Shown here piece after piece: positions 29,460 to 41,025 of a stretch of DNA of 64,000 nt (position 1 is its first letter; every line of letters begins with the position of its first letter). The stretch lies in NCBI GenBank assembly GCA_044224875.1, contig JBGAJQ010000010.1, forward strand, positions 49,815-113,814, read 5' to 3'. Under the pieces are notes generated by a model. It was given only the letters and a program-made list of their open reading frames with translations, had not been told where the DNA came from and searched no databases. The stretch is from Gemmatimonadaceae bacterium (GTDB lineage Bacteria > Gemmatimonadota > Gemmatimonadetes > Gemmatimonadales > Gemmatimonadaceae). The translations under genes were made by a program, and so were the position numbers.

Positions 29460-32400
29460 ATATCCGTGGTAAAGGCAAACCGTACTTCGAAGCCATCGAT
29501 GTCTGCCGTCTGCGAGACCGTCATCTGGTCAAGCCCGTTGCCACCGATCTGTACTTCAACCGCCAGCACCTCACCGGCGATCCATTCCTTGTACTCCCCG
29601 ACCGCTTGCTTGATCTCCTCTGACCCGTCAACCACCAATCGAATCCGATCGCTCACGGCGAGTTCCGCTTCTTTCCGCGAACGTTGAACACGACTCACGA
29701 ACTCACGCGCCAACCCCTCCCGACGCAACGCATCCGTCACCGTTGGGTCAATGGCAGCGAATCGGCCCATGGCCTCCTTCACCACCAGATCGCCCGTGGC
29801 GCGCCGAACAATCGTAACATCCTCCACGTCCAGATGCCGAGTCTCCCCCTCGACCGTGATCGACAGCGACTCGCCACGTTCGAAAGCCCGGAGGTGATCA
29901 CCGCTCAGGGCTTCTACCGCCTTCGCAGCCAACGGCGTGCGCTTTCCGAACTTCTTTCCGAGGGTGCGAAAGTTGGCCTTCGCCTCCAACGTCACAAGGT
30001 CGTCCGCCGAGTTCAGGAGGGCGACCTCCTTCACGTTCAACTCAACCTTCAGCAAGGGCAGGAGTTGCTCGACCTCCTTTGCGTGCTCGTGCGGAACGAC
30101 GCAGGCGAGCTTCGCCAGGGGGCGCCGGACGTTGACCCCAGCGTCCTCCCTCGCCGCGCGCCCTAGTCGGGAGAGGGCTCGAATCTCCTCCATGGCGCCT
30201 TCCAAGGCAGGAAGGATCGGCTCCCGCTCAGCCCGAACGAAGTCCGCGAGGTGTACGGAGGTTCCACACAGCTGGCGGTGCATCCAGTCACTGAAAAATG
30301 GCGCCAACGGCGCCAGCAGCCGTGCGGTGACCGTGAGGACCGTATGCAGCGTGGCGAAGGCTGCCCGATTGTCTGGCCCGTCCACTTCGAAGAAGCGCGA
30401 GCGATTCAACCGGACGTACCAGTTGGAGACGTCGTCCACGACGAATGTCATCAACAGCCGCGCGGCGGCCGTGGCGTCGAACGCCTCCAGCAGGTTGTCC
30501 ACCTCACGTTCCACCGACGCCGTGCGGGACAAGATCCAGCGATCGATCACGGGCCGGTCGACCGGCGCGGGGTCCGACGGGGAAGGCGCCCAACCGAAGT
30601 TCGCGTACTGCGCGAAGATCCCGGAGTACACGTTCTTCAAGGTCAGGAGGAATCGCGCCGACGTCTCCCGAATGGCCGCCGGGTCAAACAGCTTGGGTGT
30701 ACCCAGCTGACTCGACGAAAGGAGGAAGAGTCGAACCGCGTCGGCCCCGAACTCATCCATGACGTCCCACGGATTCACGACGTTGCCGAGGGATTTCGAC
30801 ATCTTCTTGCCGTTGGCGTCGAGCACGAGATCGTTCACGACCACAGCGGCATAGGGCGCAACCTTTGGCGGAGCGGTGGCGCCACTCGCGTTGTTAGGCA
30901 GTGCATCGCCCAAACCCGCGGCGATCGCCAGCAAGGAGTAGAACCACCCGCGGGTCTGGTCGAGCCCCTCGGCGATGAAATCGGCTGGGTACTGCTGCGC
31001 CACCGTGTCCCGATTCTCGAAGGGAAAGTGCCATTGTGCAAACGGCATCGACCCCGAATCGAACCACGCGTCGATGACCTCATTTACCCGAACCATGCTC
31101 GCATCGCGACACTTCGCGCACGGCCAGCGGTATTGATCGACGAACGGCTTGTGCGGATCGAAGTCGTCAGGCAGGGACTGGCCGGTGCGAGTGGCGAGGT
31201 CGGCGAATGACCCGATGACTTCAACGTGCGTTTCGTCCCGCTCGCACACCCACACGGGAAGTGGCGTTCCCCAGTACCGGTCGCGCGAGATCGCCCAGTC
31301 GACGTTGTTCTTGAGCCACTCGCCAAATCGGCCTTCACCGACCTCCACCGGATGCCACGACATGCGTGCGTTCCGCGCCAGCATCTCATCCTTGTAACTG
31401 GACGTGCGCACGAACCACGACACGCGTGCGTAATAGAGCAGCGGCGTCTTGCAGCGCCAGCAATGCGGATACGCGTGGGTGATGGTTCCCACTTTCCAGA
31501 GCACGTCACGCCGCTTGAGTTCCTCCAGGATGTTGGCATCCGCATCCTTGACCCACTTGCCACCGACGAGGGGAATTCCGTCTTCGAACGTGCCCCGTGA
31601 CGTCACGGGCTGCAACATCGCCAGACGGTGCTTTTGCCCGATGGCATAGTCGTCCGCTCCAAATGCCGGCGACATGTGCTTCCCCCTCGGGGAATGGCAC
31701 CCAATCCAGCGGGCGTTGGTAGCGACGCCCCACCAACTGGCTTCCCGTTAGGCGAGCGACCACCTCCCACCGATCTTCGAAGCTCTCACCAAGAACTGCC
31801 GTCGCCCGAGCCTCGGCGAGGATGATGGTCCAGGCATCGGCACCCGCGCTCCGTTTTCGTAGCTCGACGTATGTGAGGTCCGGATGCACGGCCAAGGCGA
31901 CGTTGGACACCAACGTCCACGGCGTGGTGGTCCACACGATCAGGCGCCGGCGGACGGCGGACGCCCCCGAACTCGGCGCGAGGTCCAGCGCCAGATACAC
32001 GCTCGGATCGTCGACGTCCTCGTACCCCTGCGCGACCTCGTGCGACGAGAGCGCCGTGCCGCATCGTGCGCAATACGGCAGGATCTTATGCCCGCGATAG
32101 AGCAACCCACGCTCGTGCAGCGTCTTGAGCGCCCACCACTCACTTTCGATGTAGTCGTTGGTGTAGGTGACGTACGGATGCTCGTAGTCCTGCCAGTGGG
32201 CCACCCGCTCCACCATGCGCTCCCATTCGGCCCGATACTTCCAGACGCTTTCGCGACAGCGGGCATTGAACTGTGCCACGCCTAACGCTTCGATGTCCGG
32301 CTTGCCACTGATGCCCAACTCCTTCTCGACTTCGATCTCGACGGGAAGGCCGTGCGTGTCCCAGCCGGCTTTGCGCGGCACGTAGTAGCCACGCATGGCA

Positions 32401-32627
32401 CGATGACGGCAGAACAGGTCCTTCATGGTGCGCGCGAACACGTGGTGCACCCCGGGGCGACCATTCGCGGTCGGCGGACCGTCATAGAATACCCACGAGG
32501 GACGGCCCACCCGCTCGGCCAGCGAGCGCTCGAACAGACGTTCCCGGCGCCACGTCTCGAGCAATTCCTCTTCCAAGGCGCTGGCGCGTCGGCCGGGCTC
32601 GAGCTGCTGAAAACGCGTACCGCTCAT
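29456..32627 (-). CDS. ileS: Isoleucine--tRNA ligase, IleRS2 type; apparent deletion/frameshift near 31680
   Basis: [52 protein letters not shown] and a long IleRS2 C-terminus, split over two ORFs. Confidence 0.93.
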
Positions 32628-33460
32628 GCCAGCTGCTCCAGTACCCCGGCAATCAACGCCGTCAGGTGCGGCTCGGCGCGATTGGCGACCGCCACGATCT
32701 TTTCCACCGTCGCTGGCTCCAGATGGTCAGGTAAACACATATCGGTGATGATGGAGACACCCAGCACGCGCATCCCACCGTGAACCGCGACGATGACCTC
32801 AGGAACCGTGGACATTCCTACCACGTCCGCGCCGACTCCGCGAAGCATGCGATACTCCGCCTTGGTTTCCAGGGCGGGGCCGGCAACGGCGACGTAGACG
32901 CCTTCCCGAAGGACATGCCCCAGCTTGGCCGCCGTACTGCGTGCCAGGGCGCGAAGCTCGCGGTCGTACGGCTCCGACATATCCGGAAAGCGTGGCCCCA
33001 ACCGATCATCGTTTCGGCCGATGAGCGGACTGTCGCCTAACAAGTTGATGTGGTCCGCGATCAACATCAGGTCACCGGCGTTCCATAGGGGATGCAGGCC
33101 CCCGCACGCGTTGGACACGATGAGCGTGCGCGCACCGAGGGCACGCAGGACGCGAACCGGGAACGAGACCTGTTGGAGCGAATAGCCTTCATACCGGTGA
33201 AAACGTCCCTGCATGGCAATGACTGGCTTCCCCGAGAGAGTCCCGCTCAGCAGCCTGCCCGCGTGCGACTCCACGGTGGCGGCGGGAAAGTTTGGAATGT
33301 CCGCGTATGGAATGGCAACCGCGTGTTCGATGCGCTGGGCGAGGCCACCCAGTCCCGTTCCGAGGATGATGCCAACATCGGGCGCGTGCGAGATCCGCGC
33401 GCGCACGACCGCCGCCGCCGACTCGACTGCTTCCAGCGTGTGCAATGCCACTCCAGTCAC
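32624..33460 (-). CDS. punA: Purine nucleoside phosphorylase (PNP I type)
   Basis: [42 protein letters not shown]. Confidence 0.92.
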   Translation of the reverse strand: MTGVALHTLEAVESAAAVVRARISHAPDVGIILGTGLGGLAQRIEHAVAIPYADIPNFPAATVESHAGRLLSGTLSGKPVIAMQGRFHRYEGYSLQQVSFPVRVLRALGARTLIVSNACGGLHPLWNAGDLMLIADHINLLGDSPLIGRNDDRLGPRFPDMSEPYDRELRALARSTAAKLGHVLREGVYVAVAGPALETKAEYRMLRGVGADVVGMSTVPEVIVAVHGGMRVLGVSIITDMCLPDHLEPATVEKIVAVANRAEPHLTALIAGVLEQLA

Positions 33461-33486
33461 CCTGTGTCTCCTGATCTGACGAGAGC

Positions 33487-34032
33487 CTATTCGCTTGCCA
33501 GCGAGTTCAACCACTCTGGAGTGGCTGGCTTGCTCGCAGCTTCAGGTGCGGCCGGCGACATCGAACTGGGAGCCGCCTCGGCCGCCTCGACGTCTGCCAG
33601 CTGTCGCTCGATCATGGAACGAAGCTGGGCCAGGTAGCTGCGTCGCTGCCTGACGAGTTGTTCGAGGTCGTTCTGAACACGACGCACTTCGCTCCGTGCC
33701 TGCTCCAACATCTTGTCCGCTTCGGCACGCGCTTCACGCAGGATGAGCTGGGACTCGCGGTCGGCCTGTTCGCGCACCTCCGCCCGCAGCTGTTGGGCGG
33801 AGACGAGCGCCTCGTTGATCGCCTTGTCGCGTTCACGAAAGGCGCGCAATTGCTCGTGGAACCCCTTGGCCTTTGCATCCAGATCCTGCGCTTGCTTCAC
33901 GAGACGCTCGACTTCGCGCGCGACCTCATCGCGAAACTGGTCGACGCGCGCCTTGTCGTATCCGCGCAGGGCGCTGCCGAAATCGAACCGCCGAATATCG
34001 AGGGGCGTCAGGTGAAAGCTTTCGTCGGTCAT
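33487..34032 (-). CDS. divIVA: DivIVA domain protein
   Basis: [24 protein letters not shown] followed by a long coiled coil. Confidence 0.88.
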   Translation of the reverse strand: MTDESFHLTPLDIRRFDFGSALRGYDKARVDQFRDEVAREVERLVKQAQDLDAKAKGFHEQLRAFRERDKAINEALVSAQQLRAEVREQADRESQLILREARAEADKMLEQARSEVRRVQNDLEQLVRQRRSYLAQLRSMIERQLADVEAAEAAPSSMSPAAPEAASKPATPEWLNSLASE

Positions 34033-34712
34033 GGCGCTCTCGCTCCGAACAGGATGGTCCCCAGGCGCACCATCGTTGCGCCTTCCTCAATCGCCACTTC
34101 AAAGTCATTGGACATGCCCATCGACAGCTCGGTCGCCGGGTGACCGGCTTGGTGCAGCAGCTCACACGCCCGACGCGCCCCGCTGAACGTCTGGCGCAAC
34201 ACTGCCTCGCTCGCGCCTAACGGCGCCATGGTCATGACCCCGACCACCTCAAGCCCCTTCTTCTCCCGCAAGCGTTCCGCCTCCGGTTCGAGCTCCTCCA
34301 GCGACCACCCACCCTTGGTTACCTCGCCCGAGGTATTCACTTGCAGCAGCACTCGGTGCGCCCGACCCCGTGCTTGCCCATCGTCATCGACTGCGTCTGC
34401 CAGACGCGCACTGTCCAGCGAGTGCAGCATGACAAAGTGAGCCAGCTGCTTCACCTTGTTTCGTTGCAGATGTCCAATCAGGTGCCACCGAACCGGCGCG
34501 GAAACGCTAGGCATCTTTGAGATCGCCTCTTGCACGCGGTTCTCACCCACGTCTTCGAGTCCGCAGGCAAAGGCCGCGTCAACCGCCTCCGGGCCGTACG
34601 TTTTCGTCACCGCGACAATACGGACCTCCTGACCCCGCCCGCCGTGCCGCCGGCGATCGGCAATTCGATCGCGAACTTCTGCCACACGCTGTTGGAGGCC
34701 AGGAAAAGGCAT
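34029..34712 (-). CDS. yggS: PLP homeostasis protein YggS
   Basis: VAVTK, GENRVQE, WHLIGHLQRNK, LSMGMSNDF, VRLGT. Confidence 0.95.
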   Translation of the reverse strand: MPFPGLQQRVAEVRDRIADRRRHGGRGQEVRIVAVTKTYGPEAVDAAFACGLEDVGENRVQEAISKMPSVSAPVRWHLIGHLQRNKVKQLAHFVMLHSLDSARLADAVDDDGQARGRAHRVLLQVNTSGEVTKGGWSLEELEPEAERLREKKGLEVVGVMTMAPLGASEAVLRQTFSGARRACELLHQAGHPATELSMGMSNDFEVAIEEGATMVRLGTILFGARAP

Positions 34713-34720
34713 AACATCAA

Positions 34721-34749
34721 ATTCTATCGGAAGTTACATACCGAATCAA
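34721..34749 (-). promoter_or_regulatory. Internal sigma70-type promoter TTGATT-N17-TAGAAT before yggS
   Basis: -10 lies 8 nt upstream of the yggS ATG; no Shine-Dalgarno. Confidence 0.6.
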
Positions 34750-36673
34750 GCGAGTCCGTAGCGACAGAAGAGTCGCGCGGTTGGCGTAGCGCGACCGATG
34801 GACAAGCGAGCAGGGCCTCAACGTAGCGCACGGTGGGGTCCCTCCCTCGAGGTGGACCACTGCCAAGGCGCCCGGCTAGCAATTGGGTAAGCGAGTCGAC
34901 ACCCGTCGTTGACCAGTCTCCTTCCACGAATACCATCCCGCGGACATGCCAGCGTGGAGTCAGGCCGGTTCGGATCGAGGCCGGTACGGACATCGCCACG
35001 GCGAGTGGGCGGCGTGCGCTTCGTGCGGCGTTGGCCATTGCAGCCACGGTGGAGTCCAACGAGCGCCACACGGCGACTCCCTCATCGTTCAGCAGCGCGT
35101 AACGCCGTTGCAGCTCCCGTCGGTACCAGTCGGCCCCCAGCAGGGACAAGGTGACCGGAACGACGTCGGTGCGCAGGCCGCGTACGTATTGCGCTTGCCA
35201 AACGCTGTAGGAATCGTTGTCGCCGGCGAGCAGGAGCAGCGCGTTAGGCGGAGAAGAATCCAGTAGCGCATCGGCCAGGGTTCGCGAGACGGCGGCATCC
35301 GGCTCGCGCCGACGGTTTGTCGCCGACCAATTGAGGGCCACGAGGAGGAGCGCAATGAGCCACGGCGCGTGGGTGCCCAGCCGTTGAGAGCGCGACGTGA
35401 CCGCCGACCACGCGCCTAGGGCGGCCCATGCGGCAATGCCCAGAAACGCCACCACAAAGAAATAGTCGCGTTCGCGAGCCTCGTGCCCTGCGTCCGGTGG
35501 CAGGATCCCCCACCCGATCGAGGGCCCAGCCTCCAGGTTCAACACCAGCACGGCGCCCAGCGCCCCCACAAGCACGTAGACCATCCACACGCGCGCGCTT
35601 CTTGGGTCGAGCCGCCAATGCGCCCGGGCACCAATCCAGGCCAACGTCCCAAAGACCAACGTCACAGGGGTGCGCAGGAGCGACAATCTCGTACCGCTAT
35701 CCAAGCCGAAGGCGAACTGCCATTCGACATACTGCGCAAAATTGCCGAGCTGCAACCACAGGGGCGCGCGACGCGGCAGGAGCCCCGGTACGTCATACTG
35801 CGCGCGCGTGATCACGTCGATCAGCCGTGCCCACGTAGAGGGATCTCCCTGGTTGATACCCGGGTCGTGCCCGGCTCGCACCAGCATGAACAACGTGCCC
35901 GATGCGCCAACTGCTACAAGGACCGCATACGTCGTCAGCTGCTTCACGCGTTCGATGCGCGCGCCAGGAAGTGGCAGTCCCGCGACGATCACGCCGGCAA
36001 TCGCACCAGCGCCAATCAGGGTCACCGACCCCTTGCCGAAACCCAGCGCCAACAGCATCGGACCGACCCAGATGACGAGCCTGCGAAGGGGCGCAACGCG
36101 CTCACCCGCACCCAGGTGCAGCAACAACAGGGCGGCCGGGGCGGCCAGCAGGGCGTCCAGGTGCAACGGCCCCGCAAGGCCCATCAGGTACGCAAGGAGC
36201 GCGGCGTGACGTGTGCTGTGCCCCTGGGCGTGCTCGGCGACCACCAGCATGAGCACGCCGAGCAGCAAGGAGAGCGCGTAGACTTCGGTCTCCGTCGCGT
36301 TCTGCCACACGGAGTAGACGAGGCCTCCCGCAAGGCCTGCCCCGATTCCGACCGCGCGAGTCTTCGTCCAGCGCGAGAACAGGTAAGCCACGCTTGCTCC
36401 TGCGGTCGCCGTAGCTACCGCGGAGAGCGCGTTCATGGCCACGGGCAAAGAGAGCCAGCGCAGGGCCAGCACCCACACCCGCCCCAGGAGCACATAGAGG
36501 GGTGCCCCCGGAGGGTGCGGAATGCCTAACGTGGCAACGGCGCTCTGGAACTCCCCGGCATCCCACAACGTGACGTCGGGAGCCAGCGACGCCACGTACA
36601 CCCCCAGCAATACCGCAAACGTCAGGAACGGCGGTGAGGATAGGCGATGTCGCCGCGCTGGCTCGTCGCGCAC
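34724..36673 (-). CDS. DUF2723 / TMEM260-like multi-TM protein (GT-C-like)
   Basis: WDAGEF..LGIPHPPGAPLY, ETEVY, ERDYFF, GDNDSY; start uncertain. Confidence 0.8.
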   Translation of the reverse strand: MRDEPARRHRLSSPPFLTFAVLLGVYVASLAPDVTLWDAGEFQSAVATLGIPHPPGAPLYVLLGRVWVLALRWLSLPVAMNALSAVATATAGASVAYLFSRWTKTRAVGIGAGLAGGLVYSVWQNATETEVYALSLLLGVLMLVVAEHAQGHSTRHAALLAYLMGLAGPLHLDALLAAPAALLLLHLGAGERVAPLRRLVIWVGPMLLALGFGKGSVTLIGAGAIAGVIVAGLPLPGARIERVKQLTTYAVLVAVGASGTLFMLVRAGHDPGINQGDPSTWARLIDVITRAQYDVPGLLPRRAPLWLQLGNFAQYVEWQFAFGLDSGTRLSLLRTPVTLVFGTLAWIGARAHWRLDPRSARVWMVYVLVGALGAVLVLNLEAGPSIGWGILPPDAGHEARERDYFFVVAFLGIAAWAALGAWSAVTSRSQRLGTHAPWLIALLLVALNWSATNRRREPDAAVSRTLADALLDSSPPNALLLLAGDNDSYSVWQAQYVRGLRTDVVPVTLSLLGADWYRRELQRRYALLNDEGVAVWRSLDSTVAAMANAARSARRPLAVAMSVPASIRTGLTPRWHVRGMVFVEGDWSTTGVDSLTQLLAGRLGSGPPRGRDPTVRYVEALLACPSVALRQPRDSSVATDSLDSVCNFR

Positions 36674-36693
36674 GAGCCCCTGAAACGGGGTCC

Positions 36694-38664
36694 TTATGCC
36701 GGGCTGACCTCCGGTCCACCCAACAGCGGCTTTGCGGCGGGCTTCGGTGTCGGCAGGCTAACGGGAGGAACGGCCGTAGGCGGCGTTGGCGGCGACGACG
36801 GCCGTTGGGGCAACTCCTCCCCACGAATCAAGTACGCGATGTCATCGCGTGTCAGCGTCTCCCGTTCGAGCAGCGACTTGGCCACTCGATGCAAGAGGTC
36901 CATGTGCTCGGTCAACGTCGACGTGGCGCGTCCGTACGCGGCGTCAATCACGTTCTTCACCTCGGCATCGACCATCTGCGCCGTCTGTTCGGACACCTCG
37001 CGCCGGCTCATGATCTGCTGGCCGAGGAAGACTTCCTGTTCGTTGTCGCCGACGAGAATCGGACCAATCGCGTCGGAAAGGCCCCACTGCGTGACGTAGC
37101 GTCGCGCGATTGCGGTAGCCTGCTGAATGTCCGAAGCCGCGCCCGTCGTGACCCGCTCACGACCAAAGATCAACTCCTCGGCCACGCGGCCGCCATACGC
37201 CATGGCGAGCCGGGCTTCGATTTGCTCACGCGTGACCGACACACGGTCATCCTCCGGCAGCGTGAACGCCACGCCCAAAGCACGCCCGCGCGGTACGATC
37301 GTCACCTTGTGGAGCGGATCGTTGCCTTTGACCATGATCGCGCACACGGCGTGACCGGCTTCGTGGTACGCGGTCAGCCGGCGTTCGTCCTCCTTCATGA
37401 CGAGCGACTTTCGCTCCGCACCCAGCATGACCTTGTCCTTCGCCTCTTCGAGGTCGGCCATGTAGATCTTGTCGTGGTTGCGTCTGGCGGCGAGGAGTGC
37501 GCCTTCATTCACGAGGTTCGCGAGATCCGCACCCGCCATACCGGGCGTACCTCGTGCCAAGCCAGTCACATCCACATCCTCGGCGATCGGCTTGTTCCGG
37601 AGGTGGACACGAAGAATTCCCTCGCGCCCACGAAGGTCTGGCGAATCCACGACGATCTGGCGATCGAAGCGCCCGGGGCGCAGCAAAGCCGGGTCCAGCA
37701 CGTCGGGACGGTTCGTCGCCGCAACCAGGATCACACCGTCGTTCGACTCGAACCCATCCATTTCCACGAGCAACTGGTTCAGCGTCTGCTCACGTTCGTC
37801 GTGGCCGCCACCGAGCCCGGCGCCGCGGTGGCGCCCGACCGCGTCGATTTCATCGATGAAGATGATGCACGGCGCGTGTGCCTTGCCTTGTTCAAAGAGG
37901 TCGCGAACACGTGAGGCACCAACACCCACGAACATCTCGACGAAGTCGGAGCCCGACATCGAGAAGAACGGACGACCTGCCTCGCCAGCGACGGCTTTCG
38001 CCAGTAGCGTCTTTCCCGTCCCGGGTGGGCCCACGAGCAACGCGCCCTTTGGCAGTCGACCGCCGAGCTTCTGAAATTTCAGCGGATCCTTCAGGAACTC
38101 GATGATTTCCTGCAGCTCGACCTTGGCCTCGTCACATCCGGCAACGTCAGCAAACGTCACCTTGGGTGTGTCACCGGTGAGCAACTTGGCCTTGGATTTT
38201 CCAAAGGAGAACGCCTTGGCGCCCCCCGCTTGCATCTGACGGAAGAGGAAGATCCAGAACCCGATCAGCAGAAAGTACGGAAGGAGGTTGAGGATGTACG
38301 TGCCCACCGACGGCCGAGCCGCTTGGGCCGTGATGCGAACATTCTTTTCCTTGAGCGCTTCCAGTTCCTTCTCGGAGTCAGCGACGGGATAGCGGACGGT
38401 AAAACGCTTGACCTCACGCCCCTCGAGGACCACGCGCTGCCGGAAATCACCGGTCGCTACGCGGCCATCCTGAACACTGACTTTCGAGATGTTGTCGCGC
38501 GAGAGTTGGTCACGGTAATCCGTATACTCGATCTCCACGGCGGGCTCGGTACGCCCGCCGGAGAACTGGATCACGGCGACAGGAATCAGGATGACGAGGA
38601 TCCAAAACGAGAGCGTCTTGGAAATTCGACCCCAGCTTGGCTTCTTCGGTGCGGTGGGAGGCAT
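36694..38664 (-). CDS. ftsH: ATP-dependent zinc metalloprotease FtsH
   Basis: Two TMs, [18 protein letters not shown] region, HEAGH. Confidence 0.97.
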   Translation of the reverse strand: MPPTAPKKPSWGRISKTLSFWILVILIPVAVIQFSGGRTEPAVEIEYTDYRDQLSRDNISKVSVQDGRVATGDFRQRVVLEGREVKRFTVRYPVADSEKELEALKEKNVRITAQAARPSVGTYILNLLPYFLLIGFWIFLFRQMQAGGAKAFSFGKSKAKLLTGDTPKVTFADVAGCDEAKVELQEIIEFLKDPLKFQKLGGRLPKGALLVGPPGTGKTLLAKAVAGEAGRPFFSMSGSDFVEMFVGVGASRVRDLFEQGKAHAPCIIFIDEIDAVGRHRGAGLGGGHDEREQTLNQLLVEMDGFESNDGVILVAATNRPDVLDPALLRPGRFDRQIVVDSPDLRGREGILRVHLRNKPIAEDVDVTGLARGTPGMAGADLANLVNEGALLAARRNHDKIYMADLEEAKDKVMLGAERKSLVMKEDERRLTAYHEAGHAVCAIMVKGNDPLHKVTIVPRGRALGVAFTLPEDDRVSVTREQIEARLAMAYGGRVAEELIFGRERVTTGAASDIQQATAIARRYVTQWGLSDAIGPILVGDNEQEVFLGQQIMSRREVSEQTAQMVDAEVKNVIDAAYGRATSTLTEHMDLLHRVAKSLLERETLTRDDIAYLIRGEELPQRPSSPPTPPTAVPPVSLPTPKPAAKPLLGGPEVSPA

Positions 38665-38677
38665 GGAATCCGTCCAG

Positions 38678-39229
38678 TTACTGCAATCCTGCAATATAAG
38701 GCAAGTGCCGATAGTTCTCGGCGTGGTCGAGCCCATAGCCGACAAGGAACTCGTTGGGCGCGTCGAATCCGACGAACTTCGGGGGATACTTCAAGTGTGT
38801 GGCAACGTGCTTGTCGAGGAGAGCGCAGACCTCGATGGACATGGGACGTCGTTCCGCGAGCACGTCCATTACCCTGCTGAGGGTTCGACCTGAATCAACG
38901 ATGTCCTCCACCAGGAGAATGTGCTTGCCCTCGAGTGTGGTCTCGGGATCGTACACCAGCCGTACGTTGCCGCTGGAGACCGTCTGGCTCCCATAGCTGG
39001 AGGCGACCAGAAAGTCGACTTGCAGCGGCCGCTCAATGCTGCGGACCAAGTCGCTGACGAAGATGAAACTCCCTTTCAGTAGTCCAAGGACGAGGAGATG
39101 ACCCTGCGGATACGCCGACGTGATTTCGCGGCCGAGCGCCCGAACACGCGCGGCGATCTCTTCGGCCGTGAAGACAATTCGCTTGACCGCCCTGCCCTCA
39201 AGTCTCGGATCGGCTGTATTCGCGTTCAC
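38678..39229 (-). CDS. hpt: Hypoxanthine phosphoribosyltransferase
   Basis: LLKGSFIF, LLVEDIVDSGRT, FLVGYGLD; tilS-hpt-ftsH synteny. Confidence 0.95.
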   Translation of the reverse strand: MNANTADPRLEGRAVKRIVFTAEEIAARVRALGREITSAYPQGHLLVLGLLKGSFIFVSDLVRSIERPLQVDFLVASSYGSQTVSSGNVRLVYDPETTLEGKHILLVEDIVDSGRTLSRVMDVLAERRPMSIEVCALLDKHVATHLKYPPKFVGFDAPNEFLVGYGLDHAENYRHLPYIAGLQ

Positions 39230-40529
39230 ACCTGTACACCACATGCGGCCCACCGGACCGCGCGGTTGCCGCATGACCGCGGCGGATGCCTGGAATCCAC
39301 ACTACCTCGTCACCAGCTAACACAACCGGCCAGCCCCGTCGTTCGGGACCACTCACCCGGGCATCCTCAAAGAACCGGGCAACGCGCCGTGGCGGAACAT
39401 GCGGTTTCACCTGCAAGCGATCGCCAGGCTTCCACGCACGAACTCGATATGTCGGGCCGGCGACCAGCGCCGCCTGCCACAGGTCCCACTTGCTTTCATC
39501 ACCCTTAATAGTAGTCACCTCAAGGGGATAAAAGCGCCATTGTCCAATGGTGGTTCCTTTGTTGTCGCCAATCACGGCTTCGGTGTCAGCTCGGGGAGGC
39601 GCGTGACGAACGACGAATTCCCGTTGGGTTTGCAGCACCTCAAACCCGCCGGAAAGCGGCGTCACAGCCCCTGTTCTACCGCGCGTCGTCTGCGTCACCA
39701 GCCGCGCGATTCCCCGCCGGTCCGCTACAACGCCGGCCGCAGCGAGAATGGCCGGCCACAGCCACGCAAGGGAGGTGGGCGAAAGCGACGTTACCGACTC
39801 GATGGGAATTGCCACCATTCCGTCCGCTTGGTTCGACGTGAGTTCCGCCGCAACCGCCTCTCCCTCTAGCCGCAACGCTGCAGCTTGGCGCGAAAGCTCA
39901 AGGACGTCGGCGCTGAACGCCGGACACACGCGTTCAAACGCTGGTAGCAGATCCAGCCGAACGCGGTTTCTTAGGAACGACCGGTCCAGGTTCGACGGGT
40001 CGTCCACGTACTCGCACTGCAACCTGTCGGCGTATGCGCGTACGGATCCACGCGTGCAGTTCACGAGCGGCCTCAGAATCTCCGTAACCGGTAGCAAGCC
40101 CGCGATCCCGCGTGCTCCGGCTCCGCGCAGGATCCGCATAACGACAGTCTCCAGATGATCCTCTCGAGTGTGCGCGGTAGCGATTGCCGCGCGCAAATCC
40201 CCGGCGACGGAATGGAGGAATCGCCACCTGGCTTCCCGCCAGCCGGCCTCGCTGCGTGGGAGGCTGCGGGCCCGCTGAGAAACGAACGAGAAGCCGGCCG
40301 CCGCCGCCGCGCGCATCGCGACCTTAACCCCCTGTCGTGCGACGGACCCCGTTCCATGGTCAAAGGTGGCGACCGTTACCCGATGTTCGGCGCCAGCCAC
40401 CCGTGCCGCAGCGGTCAACAGTGCCATCGAGTCGCAGCCGCCGGATACAGCAAGCACAACGCGACCGTGTGTTTGAAGCATCCCGCGCACGGCGGCTTCG
40501 ATTTCGGGCGTATGCAGCGGCCGATCCAT
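39198..40529 (-). CDS. tilS: tRNA(Ile)-lysidine synthetase
   Basis: AVSGGCDS PP-loop, TAHTREDHLET, RPL, DPSN, RNRVR. Confidence 0.93.
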   Translation of the reverse strand: MDRPLHTPEIEAAVRGMLQTHGRVVLAVSGGCDSMALLTAAARVAGAEHRVTVATFDHGTGSVARQGVKVAMRAAAAAGFSFVSQRARSLPRSEAGWREARWRFLHSVAGDLRAAIATAHTREDHLETVVMRILRGAGARGIAGLLPVTEILRPLVNCTRGSVRAYADRLQCEYVDDPSNLDRSFLRNRVRLDLLPAFERVCPAFSADVLELSRQAAALRLEGEAVAAELTSNQADGMVAIPIESVTSLSPTSLAWLWPAILAAAGVVADRRGIARLVTQTTRGRTGAVTPLSGGFEVLQTQREFVVRHAPPRADTEAVIGDNKGTTIGQWRFYPLEVTTIKGDESKWDLWQAALVAGPTYRVRAWKPGDRLQVKPHVPPRRVARFFEDARVSGPERRGWPVVLAGDEVVWIPGIRRGHAATARSGGPHVVYRCEREYSRSET

Positions 40530-40633
40530 AGCGAGAATCTACTGGCAATGCCTGGTGCCCGACTGACGGGCTAGTCCTTGTCGTGAGCAGCGACCATATT
40601 AGGGTGTCACGTTCACGGTGAAGCGAGGCACTT

Positions 40634-40810
40634 GTGGAGACTCACGGTCCGTTAGGAACGCTCTGGGCTGGACTTGGGCTTGGCGCCTTCTATCTGGCGT
40701 TGCTCTGGGTGAACCTGCTCCTCGGGCACTTCCTCACCCCCCTGTTCCTGATTCCGCTGACCTGGATCCAGGACGCCGTGGCCCGGCGACGCGGAAAGGC
40801 CACCGCGTAG
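40634..40810 (+). CDS. 58-aa hydrophobic small protein (not in the ORF track)
   Basis: GAGG RBS, GTG start, METHGPLGTLWAGLGLGAFYLALLWVNLLLGHFLTPLFLIPLTWIQDAVARRRGKATA*, followed by a terminator. Confidence 0.65.
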   Translation: METHGPLGTLWAGLGLGAFYLALLWVNLLLGHFLTPLFLIPLTWIQDAVARRRGKATA

Positions 40811-40835
40811 GGCCGTTCCGCGTTGTGACTGCGTG

Positions 40836-40867
40836 AGGACGAAGGGAAACCTTCGTCCTTTTTTTTT
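40836..40867 (+). terminator. Rho-independent terminator
   Basis: AGGACGAAGG-GAAA-CCTTCGTCCT followed by T8. Confidence 0.9.
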
Positions 40868-41025
40868 CGCCGCTGTTTATTGTGACGACCTCGCGCACAT
40901 CCGTTTTGTGCGCCGCGGCACCGCACACGCGGACTGTACTGTGGCAGCTACGTGGCTCGTCTCAACTGAGCCACTCGCGCACCACAATTTGCGCCTCCTC
41001 GTACCTCTGGAAGACGCCTCGCACG

